Source: a virus
Direction: 5' to 3' (one strand)
Virus record (IMG/VR): IMGVR_UViG_3300020404_000006
DNA: 64,000 nt
Numbering within the stretch: position 1 is the first letter of the stretch; every line of letters begins with the position of its first letter. The notes under the pieces were generated by a model, which searched no databases, was not told where the DNA came from, and worked only from the letters and a program-made list of their open reading frames with translations. Both the position numbers and the translations under genes were made by a program. Of this stretch, positions 17,299-26,236 are shown in pieces.

Positions 17299-17502
17299 CT
17301 ACCTCAACTGTCCACTCCTAGTCAATCTGTGAATGTAGTAACCAATAAGAGCACCAATACCCATTTTTAACAAAGCACTGAAAGAATTATCAATCTGTCT
17401 GAAATTAATGTCTGCGCCTGTGCCATACTCACTATTCCTCAAATGATAGTGTGCGGTGTGTTTGGTTCTCATGGCAATAATATAATTGGGTGCGAGAAAC
17501 AA
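17299..17502 (-). CDS. Small membrane-anchored hypothetical protein
   Basis: C-terminal hydrophobic stretch; stop codon in the palindrome at 17292. Confidence 0.5.
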   Translation of the reverse strand: MFLAPNYIIAMRTKHTAHYHLRNSEYGTGADINFRQIDNSFSALLKMGIGALIGYYIHRLTRSGQLR

Positions 17503-17570
17503 AAACGAGGACTTACGTTACTTCAACTATGCAAATGCCTGTTCTGTTTCCCATTGTCATTATAGGGCAT

Positions 17571-18296
17571 CTACTTATCCTTGTCAAGTTCTTTGTTTTC
17601 GTTGTAATTTGGGTTGCACTCATCTGTAAAAGATTTGTGTCTCTCCTCTGGTGTCAGTTGTACCACTCGCCAACCGTAGTCTCCATTGGTAACAATGGTA
17701 GGCATCATGTTCATTGATAGTGTGACTCTGTTGTCTCCTTTATTATGTTGGTAACCATGTATGATTTGAGAGGGAAATATCATCAATTCACCTTCATTCA
17801 CCTGTATTTGATTGTCCTGATTGTAGTCTGTAAACTTCTTCCTCATCAAGGTTAGACTAGGCATTACAGGATAGTATAAACTCTCTTCTCTTGTGAAGTG
17901 TGTATTTACATGATCTTTTGTAACGTCAAAGTTCACATAATATATGCAACTTAAATAAGAATTACTATGAAAGTGTGGGTGTTGGTATCCACCTTTATCA
18001 CTTATGTTATACCAACTGTCTGTAACTGCTACTGTCTCCTGTATGTAATGACCTTGCACTTCCTTTGCATAGTATTCTCCTTGTTGTTCACACCAATTTC
18101 TAAATCTGCCATATTTCATATCCTCATTTAGCACAGAGTAATGTCCAACGTGCTTCAACTCCTTTGAGTTTGCATTATATGATAACTGATTAACTTTCTG
18201 TTCTTCAATATCATCTAACATATTTTGTTTTACCTTATCATGGAAAGGGCACTTCACGATAAGAACTGGTGTTGGCAGAATGTTTACTACTTCCAT
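17571..18296 (-). CDS. Putative 2OG-Fe(II) oxygenase (TIGR02466-like)
   Basis: QHPHFHSNSYLSCIYY ... FPSQIIHGY ... RVTLSMN. Confidence 0.8.
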   Translation of the reverse strand: MEVVNILPTPVLIVKCPFHDKVKQNMLDDIEEQKVNQLSYNANSKELKHVGHYSVLNEDMKYGRFRNWCEQQGEYYAKEVQGHYIQETVAVTDSWYNISDKGGYQHPHFHSNSYLSCIYYVNFDVTKDHVNTHFTREESLYYPVMPSLTLMRKKFTDYNQDNQIQVNEGELMIFPSQIIHGYQHNKGDNRVTLSMNMMPTIVTNGDYGWRVVQLTPEERHKSFTDECNPNYNENKELDKDK

Positions 18297-18297
18297 G

Positions 18298-18999
18298 TTA
18301 TAAATTAGGATAATCCCATAGTTTGCCTGATCTAAAGATAGTCATAGCAGTGTGTCTCTCATCTTTTGTTAGAGGTTCTATTCTAACATCATTGACATAT
18401 CTAGGCATCAAATTACATGATACTGTAATTCTATTATTGCCATAGTTAGTTGCATACCCATGACAGGTATTAGCAGGCCATAGTAACAACGAACCTTCTA
18501 ATCCTACCACTTCATTGATATAATTATACTTTGTCTCTTTTTGATTTGTCAACATATATGCGAGATAGTCAGGATATGTCTGACTATTATTTGGTCTATA
18601 AAAATATGTTGGAGCATGGACTTCATCATCAAAGTTTATATAATATAAGGCACAGACAGCGGCATTTATATGAAAATGAGGACCCTGTTGTCCACCAACA
18701 TCACACACATTTAACCAACTATCTGTCATTATAAAATCAGATGTTTCGTAGTTAAGTATATCTTTTGCGTATATTTCTGCTTGTAGTTCTATCCACTTTC
18801 TAAACTCCTTGTACTTATCTTGAGATAGAGGCGAGTAGTAATCTAAATGTTCTAATCCTTTAGCATATGCGTCAATCTTTTTATATTCATAATCACTGCC
18901 ATGACTATTGATCTCATCAACAATTAATGACTTTAATTTCTCATGTTCTGGATATAATACAGCACCCAATTTCAATGGCAATATATCTACAACTCTCAT
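18298..18999 (-). CDS. Putative 2OG-Fe(II) oxygenase (TIGR02466-like)
   Basis: QGPHFHINA ... WPANTCHGY ... RITVSCN. Confidence 0.8.
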   Translation of the reverse strand: MRVVDILPLKLGAVLYPEHEKLKSLIVDEINSHGSDYEYKKIDAYAKGLEHLDYYSPLSQDKYKEFRKWIELQAEIYAKDILNYETSDFIMTDSWLNVCDVGGQQGPHFHINAAVCALYYINFDDEVHAPTYFYRPNNSQTYPDYLAYMLTNQKETKYNYINEVVGLEGSLLLWPANTCHGYATNYGNNRITVSCNLMPRYVNDVRIEPLTKDERHTAMTIFRSGKLWDYPNL

Positions 19000-19637
19000 T
19001 AACTTGCACCTTTCTTTGCACCCAACCCTTCAGGTCCCCAAACTGCTTCTAAGAATGAATCAGGCAACATTTCTCTTGGAGCGGCACTCGTATTGAAACT
19101 CATAGTAATCCTCTCGCCTTCTGTATTATTAACTCTGCTTCCATGTTCTAACCATGAAGGAAATAGGTATAGATGATTCTCTTTAATTGGAATGTCAATC
19201 TCATATACTCCATAAGGTGTGGGTTGTATATTATGAATACACATCATGTATGGTTTAAGTGGCGATACCACATAAAATTGTCCGAAGTCTCCCTCTGGTA
19301 ACTGTAGATAAAAGGCACCACTAATCACACTAGACTCATGCCTATGTGTGGCAGTGTATCCACCTTTGGGCAGTATATTATACCATGAACCACTGAGAAT
19401 TGCAGGGTAATTTCCTATCTTACTATTATAATCGTTCAAACATTCATGAAGCACATCTATTATTGGTCTGCAATTCTCATCATCTAACGGGTCCCAACCA
19501 CCATGTGAACTGACACCATTGACAGCGAGTGAGTGTTCATTATTCTTGCCATTCTCTTTGATATGTTTCTTCAGATAGTCCAATCCAGGCGCTTCTGTAA
19601 GATCATACTCCTCTAATAATGTAGGAAATAAATCCAT
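18999..19637 (-). CDS. Putative 2OG-Fe(II) oxygenase (TIGR02466-like)
   Basis: ATHRHESSVISGAFY ... FPSWLEHGS ... RITMSFN. Confidence 0.8.
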   Translation of the reverse strand: MDLFPTLLEEYDLTEAPGLDYLKKHIKENGKNNEHSLAVNGVSSHGGWDPLDDENCRPIIDVLHECLNDYNSKIGNYPAILSGSWYNILPKGGYTATHRHESSVISGAFYLQLPEGDFGQFYVVSPLKPYMMCIHNIQPTPYGVYEIDIPIKENHLYLFPSWLEHGSRVNNTEGERITMSFNTSAAPREMLPDSFLEAVWGPEGLGAKKGAS

Positions 19638-19638
19638 G

Positions 19639-20163
19639 TCACTCCCATTTACAGTAGTCTATATTAAGAACAACTCTTAGTTCAGCATCAGTACATGATG
19701 TGCCTGCATGAAGCATATCTCCTGAGAATATAACTGCTCTATTCTCTTTTGATACTACCTTTTGTCCGTCCTCAAAGTATGTATATCCATTGTTGTCATT
19801 CATATATAACACACAAATTTGATAGTCTGGCACATGAGTGTACTTACCTTGATGATCTTGGGGACCCGAAACATCAACGTGTAGAGGTTTCTCTACTATC
19901 TTAGGTGTTTTTGTAGTTGCATTAAACTTAACCCTATGCAAGGCAAGAGGGTTAAGTGAATTTAATACAGGGACAACTATCTCAAATACTTCAGAGATAG
20001 GAACAAGATCAATATACAAGGCGTGACTGAACTGTGGGCAACCATCGCCTTCATGTACTGACGTAGGAGCGAAGTACCAAGGCATTCTCCCACTAAAGAC
20101 ATAATCTTTAATGGGGTCGAATACCTCAGAGGGCAAGAAGTTATCGTAAACTTGTATGCTCAT
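19639..20163 (-). CDS. 2OG-Fe(II) oxygenase-like protein, paralog of 58070..58552
   Basis: PLHVD ... MLHAG ... RVVLNIDY. Confidence 0.7.
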   Translation of the reverse strand: MSIQVYDNFLPSEVFDPIKDYVFSGRMPWYFAPTSVHEGDGCPQFSHALYIDLVPISEVFEIVVPVLNSLNPLALHRVKFNATTKTPKIVEKPLHVDVSGPQDHQGKYTHVPDYQICVLYMNDNNGYTYFEDGQKVVSKENRAVIFSGDMLHAGTSCTDAELRVVLNIDYCKWE

Positions 20164-21677
20164 ACACTATCGCTTTTTGCAAGGTTCTGATCTTTGAATA
20201 CTACTTGACTGTTCTCATATGAAGTTTTGCCTCCTAGTGAGTGTGGAATGATATGATCTAGACTTGTGATGTCTGAGTCTTTTGCTTCCTCACGACTAAT
20301 AGGGCGACCAGATAGAGCACAAACTCTGCCCTGTTCTTCCCAGAGAGGGATTCTCCAACGTGGATCTGCAAGTCTTACTTCATCTTTGACTACTGCAATT
20401 CCTTCGTCAACCAACATAGGAATTACATCTTCACGAATGTGCTCAACTCTGTGCTTTGCCTTGTACCAAGTGTTTGCACCGTAGAGATCATAGAACTTAA
20501 CCCATGTCTCACGATCTTGACCTGTATTGTACTTAGGTGTTTTGTCATCACACTTCTTGTCATACCACGCCATGTAGGCATCAAAGAGTCTCTTGTAGTT
20601 ACTCTTAGCGACTGAACCATTGAGTCTCTCAATCTCAACAAACAACCAAAAGAAATCATGTAAGATGTTTCTACCACCAGTTGCAGCAAGGTTCTTCCTC
20701 TTCACAACAGTTTCTCTCATAAAAGGAAGGAAAATGTTGTCAAGGAATTTCAAAAACTTATCATAGTTCTGTGTTACCTTTGTGTTATTGGTACTTCCAA
20801 CAACGTAGTCAGCATCAAGAGTAGATGTTGCATAAGGGTCAATCTGACCATGCCATGAATAGTAGTTAGACCATGCTGCGAGGTAGGCACAGAATTTGTA
20901 TCTGATAGAATTGGACTTTGTGATGAAGTCTGCAGCAAGGAACTCTTCCTTGAGTGAGTCATTCAAATTACGAATAGCACGACAGTAGAGCGAAGTATTG
21001 CAATTACGGAACTCCTCAGTAGTCAAGTCCTCATTATCATTCAATTTAATGAACAAATCCTTCCTCTCCTCAGAAGTTAGAGAAGGATACTCAAACCAGT
21101 TGAACAAAGCAGTATCAACTGCCCCTACAAGTTTAGCATAATCTCCACCTAAGTTCAAGAGAACTGACTTTGTGAAGTGATCTTCTTGATCTAAGATAAC
21201 TGTGGTGTACTTATACTCGCCAGTGATGCCGTCCCACTCTTTAACTGTATAGTTACCAGACTCTAGAGGAACTAGATCATTGTCCCAATCTTCAATGGCA
21301 TCACATCTGTTACCACCATCAATGTGTAGATACTTATAACCTTGTTCTTGGAAAGAGATCAATCTCTCTCTGTATTCAATATCTAAAGGATCATTGTACT
21401 GAGCAATCCTTGAGTTCATGGCATCTATTGTCTTTGCAATATTTACCAGATGAAATGATGAAAGTTCAGCGTATCCTTGAATAACAGCACTCATATAAGA
21501 TGACTGTTTGCCTGGAATATGTCTCCACACTGACTCTCTTTGTACGTCACGATCACGACCTGACACTTTCAGAATCTCCTTGAAAGTATGTCCTGTCTGC
21601 TCGTAAAAAGGTGTTTTGTCAAGGCACTTGTGTGACCTTAGACTCCTGATCGGAATCTTCTTTGTTGATTTAGGCAT
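20160..21677 (-). CDS. DUF262/ParB-like + HNH protein (GmrSD-like nuclease)
   Basis: LHIDGGNRCDAI and DLFIKLNDNEDLTTEEFRN (DUF262-like); C-terminal DHIIPHSLGGKTSYEN..QN..KS HNH; start reassigned to MPKS. Confidence 0.7.
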   Translation of the reverse strand: MPKSTKKIPIRSLRSHKCLDKTPFYEQTGHTFKEILKVSGRDRDVQRESVWRHIPGKQSSYMSAVIQGYAELSSFHLVNIAKTIDAMNSRIAQYNDPLDIEYRERLISFQEQGYKYLHIDGGNRCDAIEDWDNDLVPLESGNYTVKEWDGITGEYKYTTVILDQEDHFTKSVLLNLGGDYAKLVGAVDTALFNWFEYPSLTSEERKDLFIKLNDNEDLTTEEFRNCNTSLYCRAIRNLNDSLKEEFLAADFITKSNSIRYKFCAYLAAWSNYYSWHGQIDPYATSTLDADYVVGSTNNTKVTQNYDKFLKFLDNIFLPFMRETVVKRKNLAATGGRNILHDFFWLFVEIERLNGSVAKSNYKRLFDAYMAWYDKKCDDKTPKYNTGQDRETWVKFYDLYGANTWYKAKHRVEHIREDVIPMLVDEGIAVVKDEVRLADPRWRIPLWEEQGRVCALSGRPISREEAKDSDITSLDHIIPHSLGGKTSYENSQVVFKDQNLAKSDSV

Positions 21678-21732
21678 AATAATAACCAGTTGTGACAATC
21701 TAGTACTGCGTACCTCATGTCTTTACATATTT

Positions 21733-21761
21733 ACTATAACAGGTTCTCTTTGCCTTGTCAA
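21733..21761 (-). promoter_or_regulatory. sigma70 promoter TTGACA-N17-TATAGT for the GmrSD-like gene
   Basis: Plus-strand tgtcaa 21756-21761 and actata 21733-21738. Confidence 0.75.
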
Positions 21762-22067
21762 CCCCTAGTCCACAAATATGTGAGAACACTTGGGGCAACA
21801 GTGAACTTCCTTCTCTTTGTACATTTGTTTGTATTCTCTAGGGTTAGAGTATTTGATGATTAGATCATCAAGTTTCTTTACTTGTTTTTTCATTTTCAAG
21901 AATCTGCAACATTTCGAGAGCGCCTTGCACTTTCAAAAATTCTTCCTTCTTGAGTTCAAATTGTTTTGTTAGGTCTTGAATCTCTTGAGACAGGGAATTT
22001 GCTCTCTCCTGTAAATCTTCTTTATGACTCATAATAAGTTTGCGCTATATGGTATATATCATACCAC

Positions 22068-22075
22068 AATAAATA
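22068..22075 (+). promoter_or_regulatory. T4-late-type promoter (AATAAATA)
   Basis: About 25 nt upstream of the isolated plus-strand ORF. Confidence 0.5.
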
Positions 22076-22100
22076 GATTTGGCAAGACCTACCTAATGAT

Positions 22101-23726
22101 ATGGACGAGAATTATTCTTTAGAACAAGAACAAAAAGAATACGAGATAGCATCTAATCCCGAACTACAAAGGAATGAGTTGAACCCCTCTGTAGCAAAAG
22201 TCATGTATTCACATGAGAAGGTCTATAAAACTCTTGCAACTGTTGGCGACTTTATATGTCATATTTGGTACTATGATGATAACTATGACCCTCAGAGATC
22301 CACTGAGGGGTCTAAGAGAATCCATATCGTGCCTACTGATAACATTCTAAAGCATGATACTGACAGTGAACAGGTAAACCACTTGTTTAACGTTGCCAAT
22401 GATAAGTGGTCTCAAGGTGTAATCTTTGTCAACCCTGTCATAAGAAGGAATGGTGTTAAGTTTGTAAGTAATAGTGACCTTAGAGACTGTGTTAAGTATA
22501 TGTCAGGTGTTGCTGCACACTATGACGCAAACTCTAATGAAATTGTGGCGATTGATATTAAGGACGGCAATAAGATGTATGAAATGAGTTATGATATATC
22601 TTCTTCTAAGATATACTCTGACATATCAAATAATGTTTATGATGACTTCACTTCGGGACCTGTTGGTAATGGTAGTTTAAGTCTATCATACACTCAAAAG
22701 TTTGGAAGTGGTCAAATCTCTATGAGTGATCTTGCTGTTCAACTAAGTGGTTCTTCTCCAGAAAACTTCAGTCAGTATTATAGAGGCAATAAAGTTGCAA
22801 ATATATCTCAAAACAATAATGTACCTACGAGTGGCACTTTCTCATTCAGTCAGTTGAGAAACGTAACCACTGCTGTAGTTGCCAACTGTAATGGTAACTG
22901 GCAACATTTACAGGCAAGATACGAGGTGTTTACTGGTAATCTATACACATCAAGTTTAAACAAGAGATTAAATCTTAATGGTAATTTTGGAGGTACATCT
23001 AGCAACCCTGCACTACGATTCAATAGTGGTGGGTCTGGTAATATTGATGTCTATGTTGTTAATACTAATGGAAATCCATGTGTGAGAGGATTTGGTGGTT
23101 CGCCTGGGCAGGGAGGAACAGGACCTGGCGATGGTATCCCCAGTAATGGTCAAGGTGGTGGAAATGGTAATTTAGCAATTCAAGTTGCAACTCCAATCAG
23201 AATGCCCAGTGGTCACTTAAGTAGTAGAATCCGTGGCGGTGGCGGCGGAGGCGGAGGTGGCGGTAAAGGAGGTAAAGGCGGTGGCGGAGGTCACGGCGGA
23301 GGTAGAAAATGCAGAGGTTGGTTCTGTAATAGTTCGCAGAGAGTCTGCCATGACAATGGTGGCGAAGGTGGACGTGGAGGCAATGGAGGACCTGGAGGTA
23401 CAGGTGCTGGATATGTCTGGAATGGAAATAATGCTTTCGCAGCACACTCTGGTGCTGGTGGAGGTGGAGGAGCAGGCGGGCAAGGCGGCAACTCTAGAGG
23501 AGGTGGTCGTGGAGGTAATGGCGGAAATGGTGGAAATGGTGGTGGATTTGAGTCAAATGGTGCTGGAGGAAATACAGGTAATAACGGTAGTCAAGGCGGT
23601 AGTGACGAGGAAGGTTGCGGATACAGAGGTAATCGCAACGGTGGCAGTGGAAGCGGAGGCGGAGGAGGCGGAGGCAACTCTGGTAAAATATCCTACTCCA
23701 ACAATGGTGGTATAACTAATATCTAA
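22101..23726 (+). CDS. Glycine-rich, tail-fibre/virion-associated-like protein
   Basis: Internal SGQISMSDL...FSQYYRG...SGTFSFSQL module typical of phage Gly-rich proteins, then a long Gly-rich C-terminus. Confidence 0.7.
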   Translation: MDENYSLEQEQKEYEIASNPELQRNELNPSVAKVMYSHEKVYKTLATVGDFICHIWYYDDNYDPQRSTEGSKRIHIVPTDNILKHDTDSEQVNHLFNVANDKWSQGVIFVNPVIRRNGVKFVSNSDLRDCVKYMSGVAAHYDANSNEIVAIDIKDGNKMYEMSYDISSSKIYSDISNNVYDDFTSGPVGNGSLSLSYTQKFGSGQISMSDLAVQLSGSSPENFSQYYRGNKVANISQNNNVPTSGTFSFSQLRNVTTAVVANCNGNWQHLQARYEVFTGNLYTSSLNKRLNLNGNFGGTSSNPALRFNSGGSGNIDVYVVNTNGNPCVRGFGGSPGQGGTGPGDGIPSNGQGGGNGNLAIQVATPIRMPSGHLSSRIRGGGGGGGGGGKGGKGGGGGHGGGRKCRGWFCNSSQRVCHDNGGEGGRGGNGGPGGTGAGYVWNGNNAFAAHSGAGGGGGAGGQGGNSRGGGRGGNGGNGGNGGGFESNGAGGNTGNNGSQGGSDEEGCGYRGNRNGGSGSGGGGGGGNSGKISYSNNGGITNI

Positions 23727-24700
23727 TCTAAACCGTAAACTAATTCTAACTTAGTGCCATCATGTCCAGCAGTGATAATGGTGGCACCATGTACTGCTTT
23801 GGGTTGTTGTTCCCATAAAACTATTTCTTTCTCCCATTCTTCTGACATCCAATACCAATTCTTTACACTAGAGGAAATGTTAGATACAGATGTTTTATGT
23901 GATTCATGTCTATCCAAGTAGACTCCAAAATTATCTTGAGGTGTTGATCCCTCTGGAGCATCATATGAAAATCTTGTAGACAAAGCATATCCAATTTCTT
24001 TTACCAATCCAGTTGAATTAAATTCAATAACAATCTCTACTAAATTGTTATCCGAATCTACTATCAAGTTATCTACTAAAGAACTTACACCTTCAATATT
24101 CTGATATGTCTTGGTATTTGATCTAGTGCCATAGTATTTCAATACTTCCTCAGATATAGTGGAGGACGTTTTGTGCAATCCTATCCTAATAGACTTGTTT
24201 ATAACACTTATATCTGCCGTAGAGATTTCATAATCCCCAAACTCATCAGGTTCTAACATCTTCAATACTTCTCTTAAAGATGATGTGTCAGTATTACCTG
24301 TAACCTCAGTTGCAAGTTGACATAAGGCATCAATACTAGGGTCGATTAAAGGAGGCGATTCAAATGATAATATCTCATTTGTCATCACATTGTTATTAAA
24401 GTATAAGAACTTGTATTTGTTCAGATGTTTGAACAAAACATTCTTACCTAAGTTTCCATTGAAGTATTCGTAATCTTCAATTCCTGTAGGAATACTAAGT
24501 TTAAATCCATACTTGGGCGTATCCTTATCAGATTTAATAAGTCCAATAGAATCATGGGCACTAGAAACTACGTCAGGATATATCTCTGACAGTTCTCTTA
24601 TGGCATCAACGTCCGTACTGTTAAACAGGTTCGGGTATGTAGATATTGAAGTTAAGTGATCTAGGTTAACCATTCTTTTCCTTTTTCGTAACTGAACCAA
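23723..24700 (-). CDS. Hypothetical protein
   Basis: 325-aa ORF convergent with the Gly-rich gene. Confidence 0.65.
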   Translation of the reverse strand: MVQLRKRKRMVNLDHLTSISTYPNLFNSTDVDAIRELSEIYPDVVSSAHDSIGLIKSDKDTPKYGFKLSIPTGIEDYEYFNGNLGKNVLFKHLNKYKFLYFNNNVMTNEILSFESPPLIDPSIDALCQLATEVTGNTDTSSLREVLKMLEPDEFGDYEISTADISVINKSIRIGLHKTSSTISEEVLKYYGTRSNTKTYQNIEGVSSLVDNLIVDSDNNLVEIVIEFNSTGLVKEIGYALSTRFSYDAPEGSTPQDNFGVYLDRHESHKTSVSNISSSVKNWYWMSEEWEKEIVLWEQQPKAVHGATIITAGHDGTKLELVYGLD

Positions 24701-25242
24701 GTGATAACAGAATATCTTTCACCTTTTGTCACAGGTTTCACCTCATGTTTAAACAAGTGATTACTTGGATATACATGAGCAGAGTTACCTTTAGAGACAA
24801 TATCATGTTTACCCCAAAAACAAATATCGCCACCCTCATAATCATCATTAACAGTATATGATGTGGTTATTGAACCAGCATCAGCATCAACGTCTGCGTG
24901 GGGAGATAGATAACCGCCTTCTGGATACTTACATAACCAGTATCCTGAGTATTTATCGTATATTGGGTCTGTTGGTAATGTGTCTTTGTAATCATTATAT
25001 ATTGCAGGCATCAATCTAATGTGTGCCCTGTGAATGAGTCGATATATCTCTCCATGATGAGGTTCTATTTCTAGTGAGGATCTCCAACCTTCTATGTTGT
25101 AATAATTACCAGGCGGAGGGCAATCTGGTTCAGGCCAATCTAGTCCCTTAACGAGTTCGAGCAATCTTCTATGATCGAATGTAGAAAGAACATTCCCATG
25201 ATGAAAGAGATAGTGAAGTAGTCCTTTTGTTTCATTCAGCAT
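24661..25242 (-). CDS. 2OG-Fe(II) oxygenase, prolyl-4-hydroxylase-like
   Basis: LSPHAD ... DYEGGD ... LFKHEVKPVTKGERYSVITW. Confidence 0.85.
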   Translation of the reverse strand: MLNETKGLLHYLFHHGNVLSTFDHRRLLELVKGLDWPEPDCPPPGNYYNIEGWRSSLEIEPHHGEIYRLIHRAHIRLMPAIYNDYKDTLPTDPIYDKYSGYWLCKYPEGGYLSPHADVDADAGSITTSYTVNDDYEGGDICFWGKHDIVSKGNSAHVYPSNHLFKHEVKPVTKGERYSVITWFSYEKGKEWLT

Positions 25243-25999
25243 TAACGTCCACGTTTAAAGAGTTTGCAAATACAAATCCCGACATCGCCACTCTAGGCGT
25301 GTCCTTATACCACCCCTTCTTCATCACTGCACTGTGCCACATGAATGAAGGATAGATGATTAACCTATTAAACTTCATGGGAACATGATATTCTTCTTCC
25401 CACACATCTTCAATAAGCATTGTATCATTATCTATCATGTCAGTTGCCTTCTCAGAAAAATCATACACCCACTCTTTCAAATTCCAATACTCTTCCGTTC
25501 TCTTAAATGGTTTATGTATGTTTTCGGTATTAGTTAGACCAGTTGCCTTATGTCTAAAAAATGAGGTTCCACCTTTTCCATCATTCAAATATAATACTGT
25601 TGCATATACTGCTGGGTCAACGTGTGGTTGCACCGATACCCTAGGCACTTCTCTGTCACTAAACATTGCATTGACCTGATAGTTTACTTTAACTTCATCA
25701 GGATCAATATTCTTGAAGTCTGTACACTTCTGAATCATGTGACCGATAAGTTTAGTCAACTCTGGCAGTTCAATGAATAACCTAGACTGATAGCCTGGGA
25801 ATACCTCTTCTGGTTCTCCTCTACTCTCCAGATGATTATATTGCACAGGCAATTTCTCCACCACCTCACTAATGAAGTCATGGGGATTCTCCAGCACATC
25901 ATCAATTATGATTACTGGATGTGATTCTACTCTGGATACTTCATATTTTAATTCATCATTGACTCTATGAGTCTTATCATCAACAATATTCAAATTCAT
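25232..25999 (-). CDS. 2OG-Fe(II)-fold protein (DUF6445-like)
   Basis: VIIIDDVLENP, QPHVD, GGTSFFRHKATG, MKFNRLIIYPSFMWHS. Confidence 0.7.
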   Translation of the reverse strand: MNLNIVDDKTHRVNDELKYEVSRVESHPVIIIDDVLENPHDFISEVVEKLPVQYNHLESRGEPEEVFPGYQSRLFIELPELTKLIGHMIQKCTDFKNIDPDEVKVNYQVNAMFSDREVPRVSVQPHVDPAVYATVLYLNDGKGGTSFFRHKATGLTNTENIHKPFKRTEEYWNLKEWVYDFSEKATDMIDNDTMLIEDVWEEEYHVPMKFNRLIIYPSFMWHSAVMKKGWYKDTPRVAMSGFVFANSLNVDVNAE

Positions 26000-26002
26000 G
26001 GT

Positions 26003-26236
26003 TTATAACTCTAGGTTGTATTGACAAATCATACCGAACATTTTAGTTTGTATGTGTTTTAGGTATGACTCATTGACTGGCGGTATATCCTCCTTCATTT
26101 CAAGATATTCGGTGACGGTATGATGAAGTATTCTCACCTCTTCAATCCCCATCACCGCTTGACAGTGCCAATCCCCATCAAAGAACTCATGCGGATGCCA
26201 CTCTTCAGGCTTTTCCATGGCACCCTTCACAACCAC
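26003..26236 (-). CDS. Small hypothetical protein
   Basis: ORF track; overlaps the 3' end of the giant gene. Confidence 0.55.
   Translation of the reverse strand: MVVKGAMEKPEEWHPHEFFDGDWHCQAVMGIEEVRILHHTVTEYLEMKEDIPPVNESYLKHIQTKMFGMICQYNLEL

Larger units (their letters stand above)
2617..17315 (-). promoter_or_regulatory. Set of 19 host-sigma70-type early promoters, each tied to one palindrome
   Basis: Minus-strand -10 hexamers (TATAAT mostly; also TACAAT, TATTAT, TATACT, TAATAT) lie 29-30 nt from the palindrome, e.g. 2617-2622, 3609-3614, 5803-5808, 6565-6570, 9459-9464, 12458-12463, 13455-13460; TTG of the -35 lies 7 nt from the palindrome in most. Confidence 0.85.
2652..17315. repeat. 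Dispersed 24-bp imperfect palindrome TGTGMCASTT-N3-AAASTGKCACA, about 20 copies
   Basis: Copies start at 2652, 2941, 3231, 3644, 3837, 5838, 6600, 7354, 7670, 8425, 9494, 9870, 10786, 11436, 12493, 13490, 13708, 16207, 16405 and 17292; some have a degenerate right half. Confidence 0.92.

Noticed and set aside
2652-17315. Palindrome repeats as a CRISPR array
   Set aside because: Spacing ranges from about 190 bp to several kb and the intervals contain whole genes and promoters; no cas genes are present.
2652-17315. Palindrome as an integron attC site
   Set aside because: No consistent RYYYAAC/GTTRRRY cores, no integrase in the window, and the fixed spacing to -10 boxes favours a promoter role.
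23197-23715. Alternative-frame ORFs over the Gly-rich region
   Set aside because: Shadow frames of GGN repeats giving low-complexity translations with no start signals.
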